Both the position numbers and the translations under genes were made by a program. Below, in pieces: positions 20,107-30,878 of a stretch of 64,000 nucleotides of DNA. This DNA is from Acidobacteriota bacterium (lineage in GTDB: Bacteria; Acidobacteriota; UBA6911; RPQK01; JADFOI01). Below the pieces are notes generated by a model. It ran no database searches, was not told the origin of the DNA, and saw only the letters and a program-made list of their open reading frames with translations. Location of the stretch: contig OY760074.1 in assembly GCA_963663035.1 (NCBI GenBank), forward strand, positions 1,920,001 through 1,984,000, given 5' to 3'. Positions within the stretch are counted from its first letter, which is position 1; each line of letters starts with the position of its first letter.

Positions 20107-22191
20107 TTATTCCTCCTTTTCGCGCCGAGCGTCCTCAATAACGCGCTCAACCAGCTGAGCTGGAACAACGTCGTAGTGGGACTGTTCCATGTGGAAGCTT
20201 CCTCGTCCTCCAGTCAGAGAGGTGAGGGTCGGTGCATAGTGCAGCATCTCAGCCATGGGAACCTTGGCCCCAATCACCTGTGTGCGTCCCTTGACATCCA
20301 TTCCCAGGATACGGCCGCGCCGACTGTTGAGATCGCCCATGACATCGCCAGCAGATTCCTCCGGGGCATAGATCTCAACGTTCATGATTGGCTCCAACAG
20401 CACAGGCCTGGCCTGTTCCATGGCTTTCCTGAAGGCCAGCGAGCCGGCAATCTTGAAAGCCATGTCGGAGGAGTCGACAGCGTGGTAGCTGCCGTCATAA
20501 AGAGTCACCTTGAAATCGACCACCGGATAGCCAGCTAAAAAGCCCTTCTCAGCTGCTTCCACAATTCCCTTTTCAACTGCCGGTATGTAATTCCGAGGAA
20601 TGGCACCGCCAAAAATCTCGTTCGAAAACTCGAATCCCTCATCCCTCTTTTGAGGCTCCAGTCTGATTTTGCAGTCTCCGAACTGACCGTGGCCGCCCGT
20701 CTGTTTTTTGTGCTTTCCCTGCACGTCCGCTTTGCCGGTAACGGTTTCTCGATAGGGAACCTTTGGCGTTTTCAGCACCACCTCGACGCCGAATTTTTTC
20801 TTCAGCTTGCCTACCGCAACCTCTACATGGAGCGGCCCGCTCCCGGACAGCAAGAACTCCTTGGTCCCAGAAGCTCGCCCGAAGCGAAGGGAAGGATCCT
20901 CTTCAAGCATCCGCCCGATGGCATGACTCATTTTGTCCTCGTCGCCACGTGACTTCGGCTCGATAGCATAGCTGATGGCGGGCTCTGGAAACTCAACCTT
21001 CTTGAAAGAGCCTTGAAAAGAGGGGTCGGCCAGTGTATCCCCGGTGGTGGTGCCCTTGAGTTTTAACACAGCACAGATGTCTCCGGCATGGACAACCGGA
21101 ACCCCCTCGTGAGACTTTCCCTGCATCACCTGGAGAGTGCCGAGACGCTCTCCCGTTTCACTGGAAAGATTTTTCAAGGTTGATTCAGATTTCAGGCTTC
21201 CAGAGAGAACCTTGATCAAATTGATCCGACCGGTGAAAGGGTCGGCCAGCGTCTTTAAAACGAAGGCCGCTGCCAGCCCATCTTTTCCGATCTGAAATGG
21301 CGCTTCCTCTTTGCTCCCGGCATCGATGATCGGGAGGGATCCGCACTCCAGTGGATTGGGAAACAATTCCACGATCCAATCCAGCAGCTGCTTGACTCCG
21401 ACGTTATTCGTGGAGGAAACACAAAACAGGGGAAAGACACCCTGAGACTGGACCCCCTTTCGCAGTCCCGACAGCAGCTCCGCCTCCGACAACGTCCCAC
21501 TTTCAAAGAACTTCTCCATGAGCTCGTCATCCTGTTCTGCAATCATTTCGATGAGCTCTCCACGACGCTGCTCAGCCTCGGACTGTAACTCCTCTGGAAC
21601 CGCCTCCTCTTTGAACTTTCCGCTTGTGCCTGACTCATACAGGTACGCCCGGTTCCGAATCAGATCAACGATCCCTGTGAAGCTACTCTCTTCCCCTATC
21701 GGCAGCTGCACGGGGACCAGGGAGCGCCCGAAGGCAGCATGGAGGGCCTCCAGGCTTCGCTGAAAGCTGGCCCGATCTCGGTCCAACTTATTCAAGACAA
21801 TGGCCCGCGGCAGTTCGAATTCCTCGGCAAAGGACCAGACGAGCTCGGTTTGCACCTCTACCCCAGAGGCAGCATCCACCACCAACACCGCGGTTTCGGC
21901 GCCTACCATCGAAGCCTTGGTATCCAGAATAAAAGTCCGATAGCCAGGGGTATCCAGAATATTGACCTTGGACCCTTTCCATTCGAGGTGGGCCAAGGCG
22001 GTGCTGATGGTAATCTTTCGTTCAATCTCATCCTGGTCGCAGTCGGTAATGGTGTTTCCTTCCTCGACACGACCCAGACGACTGACCGCCCCGGCCGAAT
22101 ACAGAAGGGCACTGGCCAGCGAAGTCTTTCCTGAATCTCCATGACCGACAAGGACGATGTTGCGGATGTTTTCGCTGTCGAAGACCTTCAT
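20107..22191 (-). CDS. fusA2: Elongation factor G paralog (EF-G2), outside the str operon
   Basis: GHGDSGKT, RKITI, DTPGY, NKLD, KKQTGGHGQF, HAVDSS; AGGAGA RBS before ATG 22191. Confidence 0.9.
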   Translation of the reverse strand: MKVFDSENIRNIVLVGHGDSGKTSLASALLYSAGAVSRLGRVEEGNTITDCDQDEIERKITISTALAHLEWKGSKVNILDTPGYRTFILDTKASMVGAETAVLVVDAASGVEVQTELVWSFAEEFELPRAIVLNKLDRDRASFQRSLEALHAAFGRSLVPVQLPIGEESSFTGIVDLIRNRAYLYESGTSGKFKEEAVPEELQSEAEQRRGELIEMIAEQDDELMEKFFESGTLSEAELLSGLRKGVQSQGVFPLFCVSSTNNVGVKQLLDWIVELFPNPLECGSLPIIDAGSKEEAPFQIGKDGLAAAFVLKTLADPFTGRINLIKVLSGSLKSESTLKNLSSETGERLGTLQVMQGKSHEGVPVVHAGDICAVLKLKGTTTGDTLADPSFQGSFKKVEFPEPAISYAIEPKSRGDEDKMSHAIGRMLEEDPSLRFGRASGTKEFLLSGSGPLHVEVAVGKLKKKFGVEVVLKTPKVPYRETVTGKADVQGKHKKQTGGHGQFGDCKIRLEPQKRDEGFEFSNEIFGGAIPRNYIPAVEKGIVEAAEKGFLAGYPVVDFKVTLYDGSYHAVDSSDMAFKIAGSLAFRKAMEQARPVLLEPIMNVEIYAPEESAGDVMGDLNSRRGRILGMDVKGRTQVIGAKVPMAEMLHYAPTLTSLTGGRGSFHMEQSHYDVVPAQLVERVIEDARREKEE

Positions 22192-22243
22192 AAAATCTCC
22201 TTCCTGGGATATAGTCTGAGTGGCAGAAATGTAGCACAGCGAT

Positions 22244-23167
22244 ATGGACTTTTCAATTCTTGAGAGAGTAGTACTGGTACTCTTCGCCGCGCTCCTGGTT
22301 CTCTTCTGCTTTTCCTGCCTGGGCACCTCTGCACAAGTCGGTCTTGTAGACCCCGACAGGGCGATGCGCCATGTTGAAAAAATGGTCAGCTTTGGACCCC
22401 ACCCTTCCGGTAGCGAAGCACAAAAACAAGTCGGCTTATACATCGTGGAGCAGCTCCAGTCCTATGGCCTGGAGGTCCACACCCAGACTTTTGAGCCAGT
22501 AACCCCTCTGGGACGACCTGAGATGACAAACATTTGGGGAGTCCTTCCAGGAAATCGGGAGTCAGTGATCATTCTGGCCAGCCACTACGACAGCAAATAC
22601 TTTGAGGACTTCTCCTTTGTTGGTGCTAATGACAGTGGATCCAGCAGCGCACTGCTGCTGGAGTTAGCCCGGACTCTGAAACAGGAGAATTCTACTGACT
22701 ACTCGCTCTGGTTCACCTTTTTCGATGGAGAAGAGGCCGTTGTCGACTGGACCAGCGCCGACAGCCTATACGGCAGCCGTGACTTCGTCCAGATGCTCAA
22801 GGGCCGTGGTCTCCTTCACAGGGTCTCCGCTCTGATCCTGCTCGATATGATCGGTGGAAAGGACCTGGTTCTTCGAAAGGAAATGAATTCAACCAATTGG
22901 TTAAACCAGATCATCTGGGACAAGGGAAACCAGCTGGGATTCGGAGACATTTTCCAGATGCGGGGGAGCACCGCTGCCTCAGATGACCATATTCCCTTTG
23001 CTGAAGAGGGGATACCGGTCGTCGATATTATCGACCTGAATTATGCCCACTGGCATCACAAAGAGGATACAACAGACAAGGTGTCGGCTGAAAATATGAG
23101 CATTGTGGGCGGTGTAGTGCTGGCCAGCCTGCCCGAAATCGCGCAGCGCTTAAACATCGAAGATTGA
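22244..23167 (+). CDS. M28 family metallopeptidase / glutaminyl cyclase-like
   Basis: SHYDS, GANDSGS, FDGEE, LDMIG, DDHIPF, WH..EDT. Confidence 0.9.
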   Translation: MDFSILERVVLVLFAALLVLFCFSCLGTSAQVGLVDPDRAMRHVEKMVSFGPHPSGSEAQKQVGLYIVEQLQSYGLEVHTQTFEPVTPLGRPEMTNIWGVLPGNRESVIILASHYDSKYFEDFSFVGANDSGSSSALLLELARTLKQENSTDYSLWFTFFDGEEAVVDWTSADSLYGSRDFVQMLKGRGLLHRVSALILLDMIGGKDLVLRKEMNSTNWLNQIIWDKGNQLGFGDIFQMRGSTAASDDHIPFAEEGIPVVDIIDLNYAHWHHKEDTTDKVSAENMSIVGGVVLASLPEIAQRLNIED

Positions 23168-24105
23168 GAAAAAGAGGGGCAGTACTACTCATTCTGGCGC
23201 TGGCGATTACCGTTCACGCTTCTGCCTTTCTTTTGATGCTTCAGGGTGTAGAACCCGTCTCGACCTACTTTTACACCTTCGCCTGGTGGACCTACATAGC
23301 GGCCTTGTCCTGCGTCAACCATCTCCGCGGGCAAAATTCTCTTCTTCTGGACACTCCAAAAGAGTTCTTGTGGGTATTCCTCTTTTCGATTCCGCTGTGG
23401 CTGTTTTTCGAGATCTCCAACTTTCGGCTCAACAACTGGCACTACATTGGTATTCCCATCGAAACCTATGTGCGCTGGCCGGGATATGCCCTGGCCTTTG
23501 GAACGGTTCTGCCTGGAATCTTTGAAACTGAGACCTGTTTGAAAAATTTTGGTGTCTTCACTCGGCTTCGAGGACGGCCTGTCCAGGTGACTCAAGCCTT
23601 GCTGGCTCGCTTTGTGATGATCGGCTCTCTGATGATGCTTCTGGTTCACTTCCAACCCAACCTGTTCTTTCCACTGGTATGGCTGGGATGGATTTTCCTG
23701 CTCGACCCTCTGATCTACCGGAGAGATCGGAAAAGAGCTTCCTTACTGGGCCAGGCTCAACAAGGAGATTATGCTCTGGTGGTCAGGTTTTTGATCACCG
23801 GAATGATCTGCGGGCTGTTGTGGGAGTTTTGGAACTACTGGGCCTCGGCAAAATGGGTCTATACCATTCCCTACTTTGGATCTCTCAAGATCTTCGAGAT
23901 GCCTACGCTCGGGTTTTTTGGTTTTCCTCCTTTTGCCCTGGAGTGCTATCTCTTGTACCGGGTATTTCTCATGTTCCGCCGGGTCCTCTACGGTCAGAGG
24001 CTGATCGGGGCAGCAACGGCGCTCCTGGTGCTTCTCTACTGCCTCCTGGCCTTCACGGGAATCGACCGCTGGACGGTCGAGGGCTATAAAGTGACGTTTT
24101 CCTGA
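23164..24105 (+). CDS. Conserved-looking multi-pass membrane protein, function unknown
   Basis: Many TM helices; WEFWNYW and FEMP.LG..GFPPFA motifs; 4-nt overlap with upstream gene. Confidence 0.75.
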   Translation: MRKRGAVLLILALAITVHASAFLLMLQGVEPVSTYFYTFAWWTYIAALSCVNHLRGQNSLLLDTPKEFLWVFLFSIPLWLFFEISNFRLNNWHYIGIPIETYVRWPGYALAFGTVLPGIFETETCLKNFGVFTRLRGRPVQVTQALLARFVMIGSLMMLLVHFQPNLFFPLVWLGWIFLLDPLIYRRDRKRASLLGQAQQGDYALVVRFLITGMICGLLWEFWNYWASAKWVYTIPYFGSLKIFEMPTLGFFGFPPFALECYLLYRVFLMFRRVLYGQRLIGAATALLVLLYCLLAFTGIDRWTVEGYKVTFS

Positions 24106-24200
24106 CCATTCACAAGTGTCAGTAGTGCTTTGAATCCATTGATTACTGGGACGATAAGAGGTTATACTGTCGCGTTCCCAAGCACCGTGAGGTTTAACGT

Positions 24201-25066
24201 ATGGGCAACGATTTTCGCTTCCGCATGACGTTCTGGGGGGTGCGGGGCTCCACGCCCACACCCCCCAGATTGAGAACCTCAATTATGGGGGAAACACCTG
24301 CTGCATCGAGGTACGTCTTCCCAATGAGGAAGTTTTTATCTTCGATTCAGGCACCGGCGTTCGGAATCTCGGTGACTCCCTCTTAGAGGAGTTTCCCGAC
24401 CAGAAACTGACCCTGAAGGTGTTCTTGACCCATTTTCATTGGGACCATATCCAGGGCATTCCCTTTTTCCACCCGCTTTACCACGCTGAAAATAAGGTCA
24501 TTTTTCATTCTGTGGCCTTTCCCGACGGTCGATACCGTCGCTCTGGTTCAAACAACGGGTTGGAGGAAACACTGAAGACCCAGATGGCACACCCCTTTTT
24601 CCCAATCGCTTTTGATTCTCTGCCGGCCAAGAAGGAGTATATTGAGATCGACCCAGAACCGCTCAAATTCGGCAAGCTCACCATTACTCCCTTCCCCTTG
24701 AACCATCCCGGACAGACGTTCGGCTACCGTATCGAGTCGGAAGGCGCGGTGGTTGTTTATGCCACCGATCTAGAACATGGAGATGAGAAACTTGACAGGG
24801 TCTTGAGAGAGGTCTCAGAAAATGCTGACCTCCTGATCTACGACTCACAATACACGCCCGAAGACTACGTAAAGCACAGAAAATACGGGCACAGCACCTG
24901 GCTGGAAGCATGTCGCGCCGCCACTGACGCCAAGGTCAAACAGCTCGCCCTCTTCCACCACAACCCCTCCTATGACGACCGGATGTTTTACAAAATTATA
25001 CAGGAAGCCCGCGGCGAATTCGAAAACACCATCGGTAGTCAGGAAGGCTGGTCGCTCATCCTGTAG
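24201..25066 (+). pseudogene. MBL-fold metallo-hydrolase (RNase Z/PhnP-like) with frameshift in a C6 run
   Basis: FWGVRGSTPTP in one frame; YGGNTCC, DSGTG, THFHWDHIQG, HPG, TDLEH, FHH in another; junction at 24261-24266. Confidence 0.88.
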
Positions 25067-27464
25067 AAGCCTCAGCCACCTCCACAATTTCCTTAAAGTC
25101 GCATTCGGGCTGATTGCAGTTGTGGGTCAAACCCTCTTTCTTGGTGGTGCGCTCCAGAAGATAGGATGCACCACAGGAAGGACATTTGCGATCGACAGGT
25201 TTTTGCCAGAGGGCAAATTGGCACTCAGGAAAGGTGCTGCACCCATAGAAGACTTTCCCGCGACGCGTTTTGCGCCGTACCATCTTCCCTCCTCCGCACT
25301 CGGGACAAGTCACATCAGTCATTTCCTGCTTAATGTACTTGCACTCAGGATAGTTGCTGCAGGCCACAAATGCGCCAAACCGTCCATGCTTTTGTACCAG
25401 CTGTGAGCCGCACTGAGGGCATTCCTCTGGCTTTCCTTCTGGACTCTTCACTTCCCGGTTGGTTCCTCCGACCTGTTGGGTGTTCTTACAGTCAGGATAT
25501 CCGGAGCAAGCGAGAAACTCCCCAAAACGTCCTTTCTTGAGAACCATCGGCTGGCCGCATTTCTCGCACGATTTTTCTTCCTGCACGCTTTGCTCCTTCT
25601 CGTCCGAGGAGCCATCTTCCTTGGGGAGCTCTCTGGTGTTCTTACATTCCGGGTAACTGCTGCAAGCTATAAATCTGCCAAAGCGGCCCCAGCGGATCAC
25701 CATATCGGCCCCGCACTTCTCACACTGCACGCCTGCCGGAATCTCCTCTTTCTTCAGATTCTTCATTTCCTTTTGAGCTTGCTTCAGCTCTTTGGAAAAA
25801 CCCGCGTAGAATTCCTGCAGCTTCTGGACCCAATCCTCCTTGCCGTTTTCAATTTCATCCAGATCCTGCTCCAGCTTGGCCGTATAGTCGTAGGCGAAGA
25901 TCGCTCCGAAGTGAAGGACAAGCAGTTCGAGCACCACTTCCCCTATCTCGGTGGGCACAAAGCGACTCTCCTCCTTTTCAACGTAGTCACGAAGAATGAC
26001 CGAGAGAATCTGTGCATAGGTAGAGGGGCGACCAATGCTCTTTTCCTCGAGCGCCTTGATCAAGGTTGCCTCGCTATAGCGTGAAGGAGGTTGAGTAAAC
26101 TTCTGCTCAGGTGTGATCTCCTCCACCTGCAGTTTCTCCCCCTCACTCACCTCGGGTAGTGCCTTATCCTGCCCCTCGGGCTCTGCATCATCGCGCCCTT
26201 CCCGGTAAAGCCTCAAAAACCCGTCAAACTTCATCACCTTTCCAACAGCCTTGAATTGAGTTTTGCCCGCTTCAATCTCAATTTCCGTCTGGTCAAATAG
26301 TGCCGAAGTCATCTGCGAGGCCACAAAGCGCTTCCAGATCAGCTCATACAGTCGGTACTCGTCATGGCTCACGAAAGCCTTGACCTGTTCCGGTTCGCGA
26401 AGGACTGAGGTGGGCCGGATCGCCTCATGGGCATCTTGAGCCCCTTTTTTGCTCTTGTAGATTTTCGGTTTGGAAGGTAAGTAGTTCTCTCCGTAGGCTT
26501 TTTGCACATACTCCCGTAGTTCGGCCAAAGCAGAATCGGCCACACGTGTGGAATCAGTCCGCATATAAGTGATCAAGCCAGTGCTTTCCTCAGTCCCGAT
26601 TTCCATACCTTCGTACAGGCGCTGGGCGACCATCATGCATTTCTTCACTGAGAATCTCAGCTTTCGAGAGGCTTCCTGTTGAAGCTTACTGGTGATAAAC
26701 GGAGGAACCGGATTGCGTTTTGCTTTCTTTTTCTTGACCCCGGAAACCACGAAATCCACCGACCCCAGCTCCTTCATAAGCTGATCCGCTTCCTTCTGAT
26801 TGGAGATCTTGAACTTCTTGCCCTTGTGCTTGACCGCGCCAGCTTCAAAAGGAGGTGGATTCTGCCCCTTGAGAAGGGCGGTGAACTTCCAGTATTCCAC
26901 CGATACGAAGGCTCGAATTTCCTTTTCGCGCTCTACGATCATTCGCAGAGCCACTGTCTGGACCCGGCCTGCAGACAAACCTCGGCGCACCTTTTGCCAC
27001 AACAGGGGACTGACCTTGTACCCTACCAGCCGATCGAGAATCCGGCGAGCCTGCTGGGCATTCACCTTATTCCGATCAATTACAGAAGGGTTCTCGAAGG
27101 CCTTCAAGATTGCGCTTTTGGTGATTTCGTTGAAGAGGACGCGGTAGATCTTGCGGTCCTTTTTGCCGTTTAATTCCTCAGCCAGGTGCTGGCAAATAGC
27201 TTCTCCCTCACGATCGGGATCAGTGGCCAGGTAAATTTCCGTTACCTTTTCGGCTGCCTTTTTCAGGTTTTGAACGGTCTTCGATTTTCCGGAAATAACC
27301 TGGTAGGTGGGACGAAAATCGTCCTTGATGTCCACACCCAGGGTCTTTTTCGGGAGATCCTTGATGTGGCCCAACGAGGCCAGCACCGAATAGCCCTTTC
27401 CCAGGTAACGCTCAATCGTTTTCGCTTTGGCTGGCGATTCTACGATCACCATCGCTTTGGGCAT
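25056..27464 (-). CDS. topA: DNA topoisomerase I
   Basis: VESPAKAK, ATDPDREGE, SAGRVQ, LITYMRTDS, C-terminal C4 zinc ribbons. Confidence 0.97.
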   Translation of the reverse strand: MPKAMVIVESPAKAKTIERYLGKGYSVLASLGHIKDLPKKTLGVDIKDDFRPTYQVISGKSKTVQNLKKAAEKVTEIYLATDPDREGEAICQHLAEELNGKKDRKIYRVLFNEITKSAILKAFENPSVIDRNKVNAQQARRILDRLVGYKVSPLLWQKVRRGLSAGRVQTVALRMIVEREKEIRAFVSVEYWKFTALLKGQNPPPFEAGAVKHKGKKFKISNQKEADQLMKELGSVDFVVSGVKKKKAKRNPVPPFITSKLQQEASRKLRFSVKKCMMVAQRLYEGMEIGTEESTGLITYMRTDSTRVADSALAELREYVQKAYGENYLPSKPKIYKSKKGAQDAHEAIRPTSVLREPEQVKAFVSHDEYRLYELIWKRFVASQMTSALFDQTEIEIEAGKTQFKAVGKVMKFDGFLRLYREGRDDAEPEGQDKALPEVSEGEKLQVEEITPEQKFTQPPSRYSEATLIKALEEKSIGRPSTYAQILSVILRDYVEKEESRFVPTEIGEVVLELLVLHFGAIFAYDYTAKLEQDLDEIENGKEDWVQKLQEFYAGFSKELKQAQKEMKNLKKEEIPAGVQCEKCGADMVIRWGRFGRFIACSSYPECKNTRELPKEDGSSDEKEQSVQEEKSCEKCGQPMVLKKGRFGEFLACSGYPDCKNTQQVGGTNREVKSPEGKPEECPQCGSQLVQKHGRFGAFVACSNYPECKYIKQEMTDVTCPECGGGKMVRRKTRRGKVFYGCSTFPECQFALWQKPVDRKCPSCGASYLLERTTKKEGLTHNCNQPECDFKEIVEVAEASTG

Positions 27465-27607
27465 TGTTCTTTTCTCTCACCTCACCTTTCCGTCACTCGA
27501 TCTAAATAATATACCCTATTGTTCAGGGCGGCTGAGGGAAACCGCTGATCGCTGACTGCTGACAATAGAGCACCTAACTTCACCATTCACAAGTCGCAAA
27601 TAACAAT

Positions 27608-28679
27608 CTAGCAGATTTTCCTGCTGAACTGGCGTCCCGGCAATTGACGGATGAGTCCTTTTATCTCCAGTTGCAACAACACCTCGTTCAACTGAGAGAG
27701 CCTGAGCGTGGAGGTCTTCAGAAGCTGATCAAAGTGCATGGATGTATCCGGCGCTAAGAGCTTCACAATTTTCTCTTCAGCTCGGGTCAGCGACTCCACC
27801 CGAGGTGGGAGCGACGGAGTTGGCTGCTGAGTCAGTAGATCTAAAACATAGGGCGGCAATTCCTCCAGGACATCCTGGATGTCCAGAACGATCTTGGCAC
27901 CCTGTTTGATCAGATAGTTGGGCCCATAGCTCACGATTCTGTTCCAACGCCAGCCGGGCCGTGATCAATGAACCAGAAAACTCCGATGCCTCAGTAATCA
28001 GCGTACCGTAGCATAACCCACTGATAACTCGGTTGCGAATGGGAAAGTTTTGAGGTGCCGGAAAAGTGCCGCAGAGAAACTCGCTGATAACGCATCCTCC
28101 CTCGCAGAGCCGTCGGTACAAACGGCGGTTCTCTCGAGGATAGATGACGTCTACTCCATTTCCCAGGACAGCTACGGTTGGTCCACCACTCTCGAGGGCT
28201 CCTATGTGGGCTTGTGAATCAATTCCCCGGGCCAGACCACTGACAATGCAAAGTCCCACTGATGAAAGCTCTCGGCTAATCTTTTCAGTCATTTCTTTGC
28301 CATAAAGTGAGCAGCGACGTGAGCCCACCACGGCAATGGAGGGACGGCAAAGAAGCGTAAGATTCCCAAGACAGTAGAGAACCAGAGGCGGATCGAAAAT
28401 TTGCTTCAGTCGGTGCGGGTATCGGTCATCGAAAATCGACAAAATACTGATTCCCTTCTCCCGAGCCTGCCGAAGAGCCTTTTCCGCAGCTCGAAGGGCA
28501 CAACCGCTGGAGATAAAGGCCTTGGTTTCCTCAGCGAGTTGGAAGCGAGCCAGTTGGGCAGGCGAGAGCCTGAGCAATTCTGACGGTGATCCGCATGCCT
28601 GGATGAGCGAGTTGAGCCGCCTGCTACCCAAACCTGGGATCAGGCTCAGCGCAAGACAGTGATACGTTTCCTCTTTCAT
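27608..28679 (-). pseudogene. dprA: DNA-processing protein DprA, frameshifted by a small internal deletion
   Basis: AVVGSR, VSGLARGID, FPIRNRVISG, SGSLITA; continues in another frame SYGPNYLIKQGA plus winged helix; the usual VPG motif is missing at ~27921-27932. Confidence 0.9.
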
Positions 28680-28759
28680 GTCATTATCTAATACGTTTCA
28701 GCTAGAAAATCTGCGAAACTTTTCGCAGATCACAGGACTGAGAACTGATTCCTTTCTAC

Positions 28760-28797
28760 TGTCAGCTGTCAGTTGTCAGCCGTCAGTTGTCAGTTGT
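28760..28797. repeat. Heptamer tandem repeat (TGTCAGY)n
   Basis: tgtcagc tgtcagt tgtcagc cgtcagt tgtcagt. Confidence 0.85.
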
Positions 28798-28831
28798 TTG
28801 TTATCTGATATCATCCCACTGCTATTTCCAC

Positions 28832-29662
28832 ATGAAGCTCAAAGTCTCCTTCATCGACTATCTCAATGCAGTACCCCTGGGATGGGGCTTTCTGAATGGT
28901 CCCTACCAGGACACCTTTGACCTCCTCTTTGACGTTCCTTCGCAGTGCGCCAAGCGCCTCTCCAGCGGGGAAGCCGATGTCGGATTGATTCCGGTGATCG
29001 AGTATCAAAGGATCCCCGGGTTGACGGTCATTCCTGACATCGCCATCGCCTCCAAAAGGGAGTCCAGGAGTGTCTTGTTTGTCAGCAAGACACCGCTTGA
29101 GAAAGTCTCCAGCGTTGCGGTCGACACCTCAAGCCGCACCTCGGTGGCTCTTCTCAAGATTCTTCTCCATAAGTTCTACGGCCGGCGTTCCGTCACTTAC
29201 CATCAAGAGTCTCCGGACCCGGAAAAAATGCTTGAACTCCACGACGCCGCCTTGATCATTGGCAACCCGGCACTGAAAGTCAGCCGAGATTCTTTACATG
29301 TTTACGATCTGGCATACGAATGGAATCGCTTTACCGGCCTACCCTTCGTGTTCGCGTTCTGGGCTGTCCGATCAGGAGCCGATTTGGGCGAGCAAGCGCA
29401 AGTTTTCTATTCCTCCAGAGAACAAGGACTGAAAGAAGTCGATTCGATCGCTACTGTTTATTCGCAGAAGCTCGGGGTCGAGGCCGCAGAAATTCGCACA
29501 TACATCCTGGAGAATCTGAATTACTCATTGGATCAGTCCAATCTGCGTGGTTTACAGACTTTCTTCGATTCAGCTGCAGAATTGGGACTGACCTCCAGTT
29601 CCAGACCCCTGGAGTTCTACCCGACAGATGGTCAGGAGAAGCTTCTCAGCGATGGCAGTTAA
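28832..29662 (+). CDS. mqnA: Chorismate dehydratase (futalosine menaquinone pathway)
   Basis: YLNAVPL, SRTSVAL, ALIIG, DLA.EW..FTGLPFVFAFW. Confidence 0.9.
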   Translation: MKLKVSFIDYLNAVPLGWGFLNGPYQDTFDLLFDVPSQCAKRLSSGEADVGLIPVIEYQRIPGLTVIPDIAIASKRESRSVLFVSKTPLEKVSSVAVDTSSRTSVALLKILLHKFYGRRSVTYHQESPDPEKMLELHDAALIIGNPALKVSRDSLHVYDLAYEWNRFTGLPFVFAFWAVRSGADLGEQAQVFYSSREQGLKEVDSIATVYSQKLGVEAAEIRTYILENLNYSLDQSNLRGLQTFFDSAAELGLTSSSRPLEFYPTDGQEKLLSDGS

Positions 29663-30821
29663 ACCCGGCCTGGAAGTTTTCCTTCAACAACGACTCGATT
29701 TGATCCAAGGCAAACGGATTGGCATCATCGTCAACCCAAGTTCAATCAATTCCCAATTGGACCACACACTGGATCTCTTTTTCAGTCACGCCGACCTGGA
29801 GCTGACCACGGTTATGGGACCTCAACACGGCATCCGGGGAGAAACCCAGGACAATATGATTGAATGGGAAGGTTACCGCGACCCGGCGACCCATCTTCCT
29901 GTCTACAGTCTTTATGGCAAGACCAGGAGTCCCACCTCGAAGATGTTGGCGGATGTCGATGTGGTGATCTTCGACATTCAGGATACCGGCGCCCGCTACT
30001 ACACCTTTATTTACACCATGGCCCTGGCCATGAAGGCCTGTCAGCAACAAGGCAAGTCCTTTATTGTTCTGGATCGCCCCAATCCGATTAACGGGAGTGC
30101 GGTGGAAGGAACCGTCCTGGATCCAAACTTCAGCTCATTTGTGGGACTGTATCCCCTGGCCATCCGGCACGGGATGACCGTGGGAGAATTGGCGCTCTAT
30201 TTCAACAACGAGTTCCGAATCCATTGTGATCTGGAAGTTGTCAAAATGGGAGACTGGAAAAGAGAGATGTTTTTCGAAGATACAGGACTCCCCTGGGTGC
30301 TTCCTTCACCCAATATTCCCACGGTGGATGCGGCAGTCGTCTATCCCGGTATGTGCCTGCTGGAAGGCACCAATATTTCCGAGGGGAGAGGAACAACTCG
30401 ACCCTTTGAATTCAGCGGAGCACCCTGGATCCAACCTTTTGAGATGATCGCGCAATTAGAGACAATGGACCTCCCGGGAGCTGTCTTTCGCCCCATTTAC
30501 TTCACGCCAACTTTCCACAAATGGTCTACTCAGATGATTGGAGGAATCCAGATTCACGTTCTGGATCGAAGAGCATTCCGGCCCTTTCGCACTGGTCTGG
30601 CCCTGTTAAAGGTCTATCGAGAACTAGGCGAAAAGCAATTCAAATGGAAGAACCCACCTTTCGAGTACGAAGAAAAGAAGCTTCCTTTTGATATCCTTTG
30701 CGGCACCGACAAGATCCGCAAGCAGCTGGAAGCAGACACCAGCCTGCAGGAAATCGAGCATTCCTGGAGGGATGAGCTTCAAAAGTTTCGGGAAGTCCGT
30801 CAAAAATATTTGCTATATTGA
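29652..30821 (+). CDS. namZ: Exo-beta-N-acetylmuramidase (DUF1343 family)
   Basis: PQHG, SLYG, FDIQD.GARYYTF, DRPNP, RHGMTVGE, PSPN, SEGRGT. Confidence 0.9.
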   Translation: MAVKPGLEVFLQQRLDLIQGKRIGIIVNPSSINSQLDHTLDLFFSHADLELTTVMGPQHGIRGETQDNMIEWEGYRDPATHLPVYSLYGKTRSPTSKMLADVDVVIFDIQDTGARYYTFIYTMALAMKACQQQGKSFIVLDRPNPINGSAVEGTVLDPNFSSFVGLYPLAIRHGMTVGELALYFNNEFRIHCDLEVVKMGDWKREMFFEDTGLPWVLPSPNIPTVDAAVVYPGMCLLEGTNISEGRGTTRPFEFSGAPWIQPFEMIAQLETMDLPGAVFRPIYFTPTFHKWSTQMIGGIQIHVLDRRAFRPFRTGLALLKVYRELGEKQFKWKNPPFEYEEKKLPFDILCGTDKIRKQLEADTSLQEIEHSWRDELQKFREVRQKYLLY

Positions 30822-30830
30822 CACCGGAGA

Positions 30831-30865
30831 ACAGCTGACAACTGACAGCTACTGATAACTGACAA
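30831..30865. repeat. Heptamer tandem repeat (CTGACAR)n
   Basis: acagctgacaactgacagctactgataactgacaa just after the namZ stop. Confidence 0.8.
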
Positions 30866-30878
30866 TAGAAGGTGATCG

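Noticed and set aside
22192-22443. N-terminal extension of EF-G2 (and similar ones for the VWA protein, mqnA, FmdB gene)
   Set aside because: Overlap neighbouring genes or repeats; better downstream starts exist.
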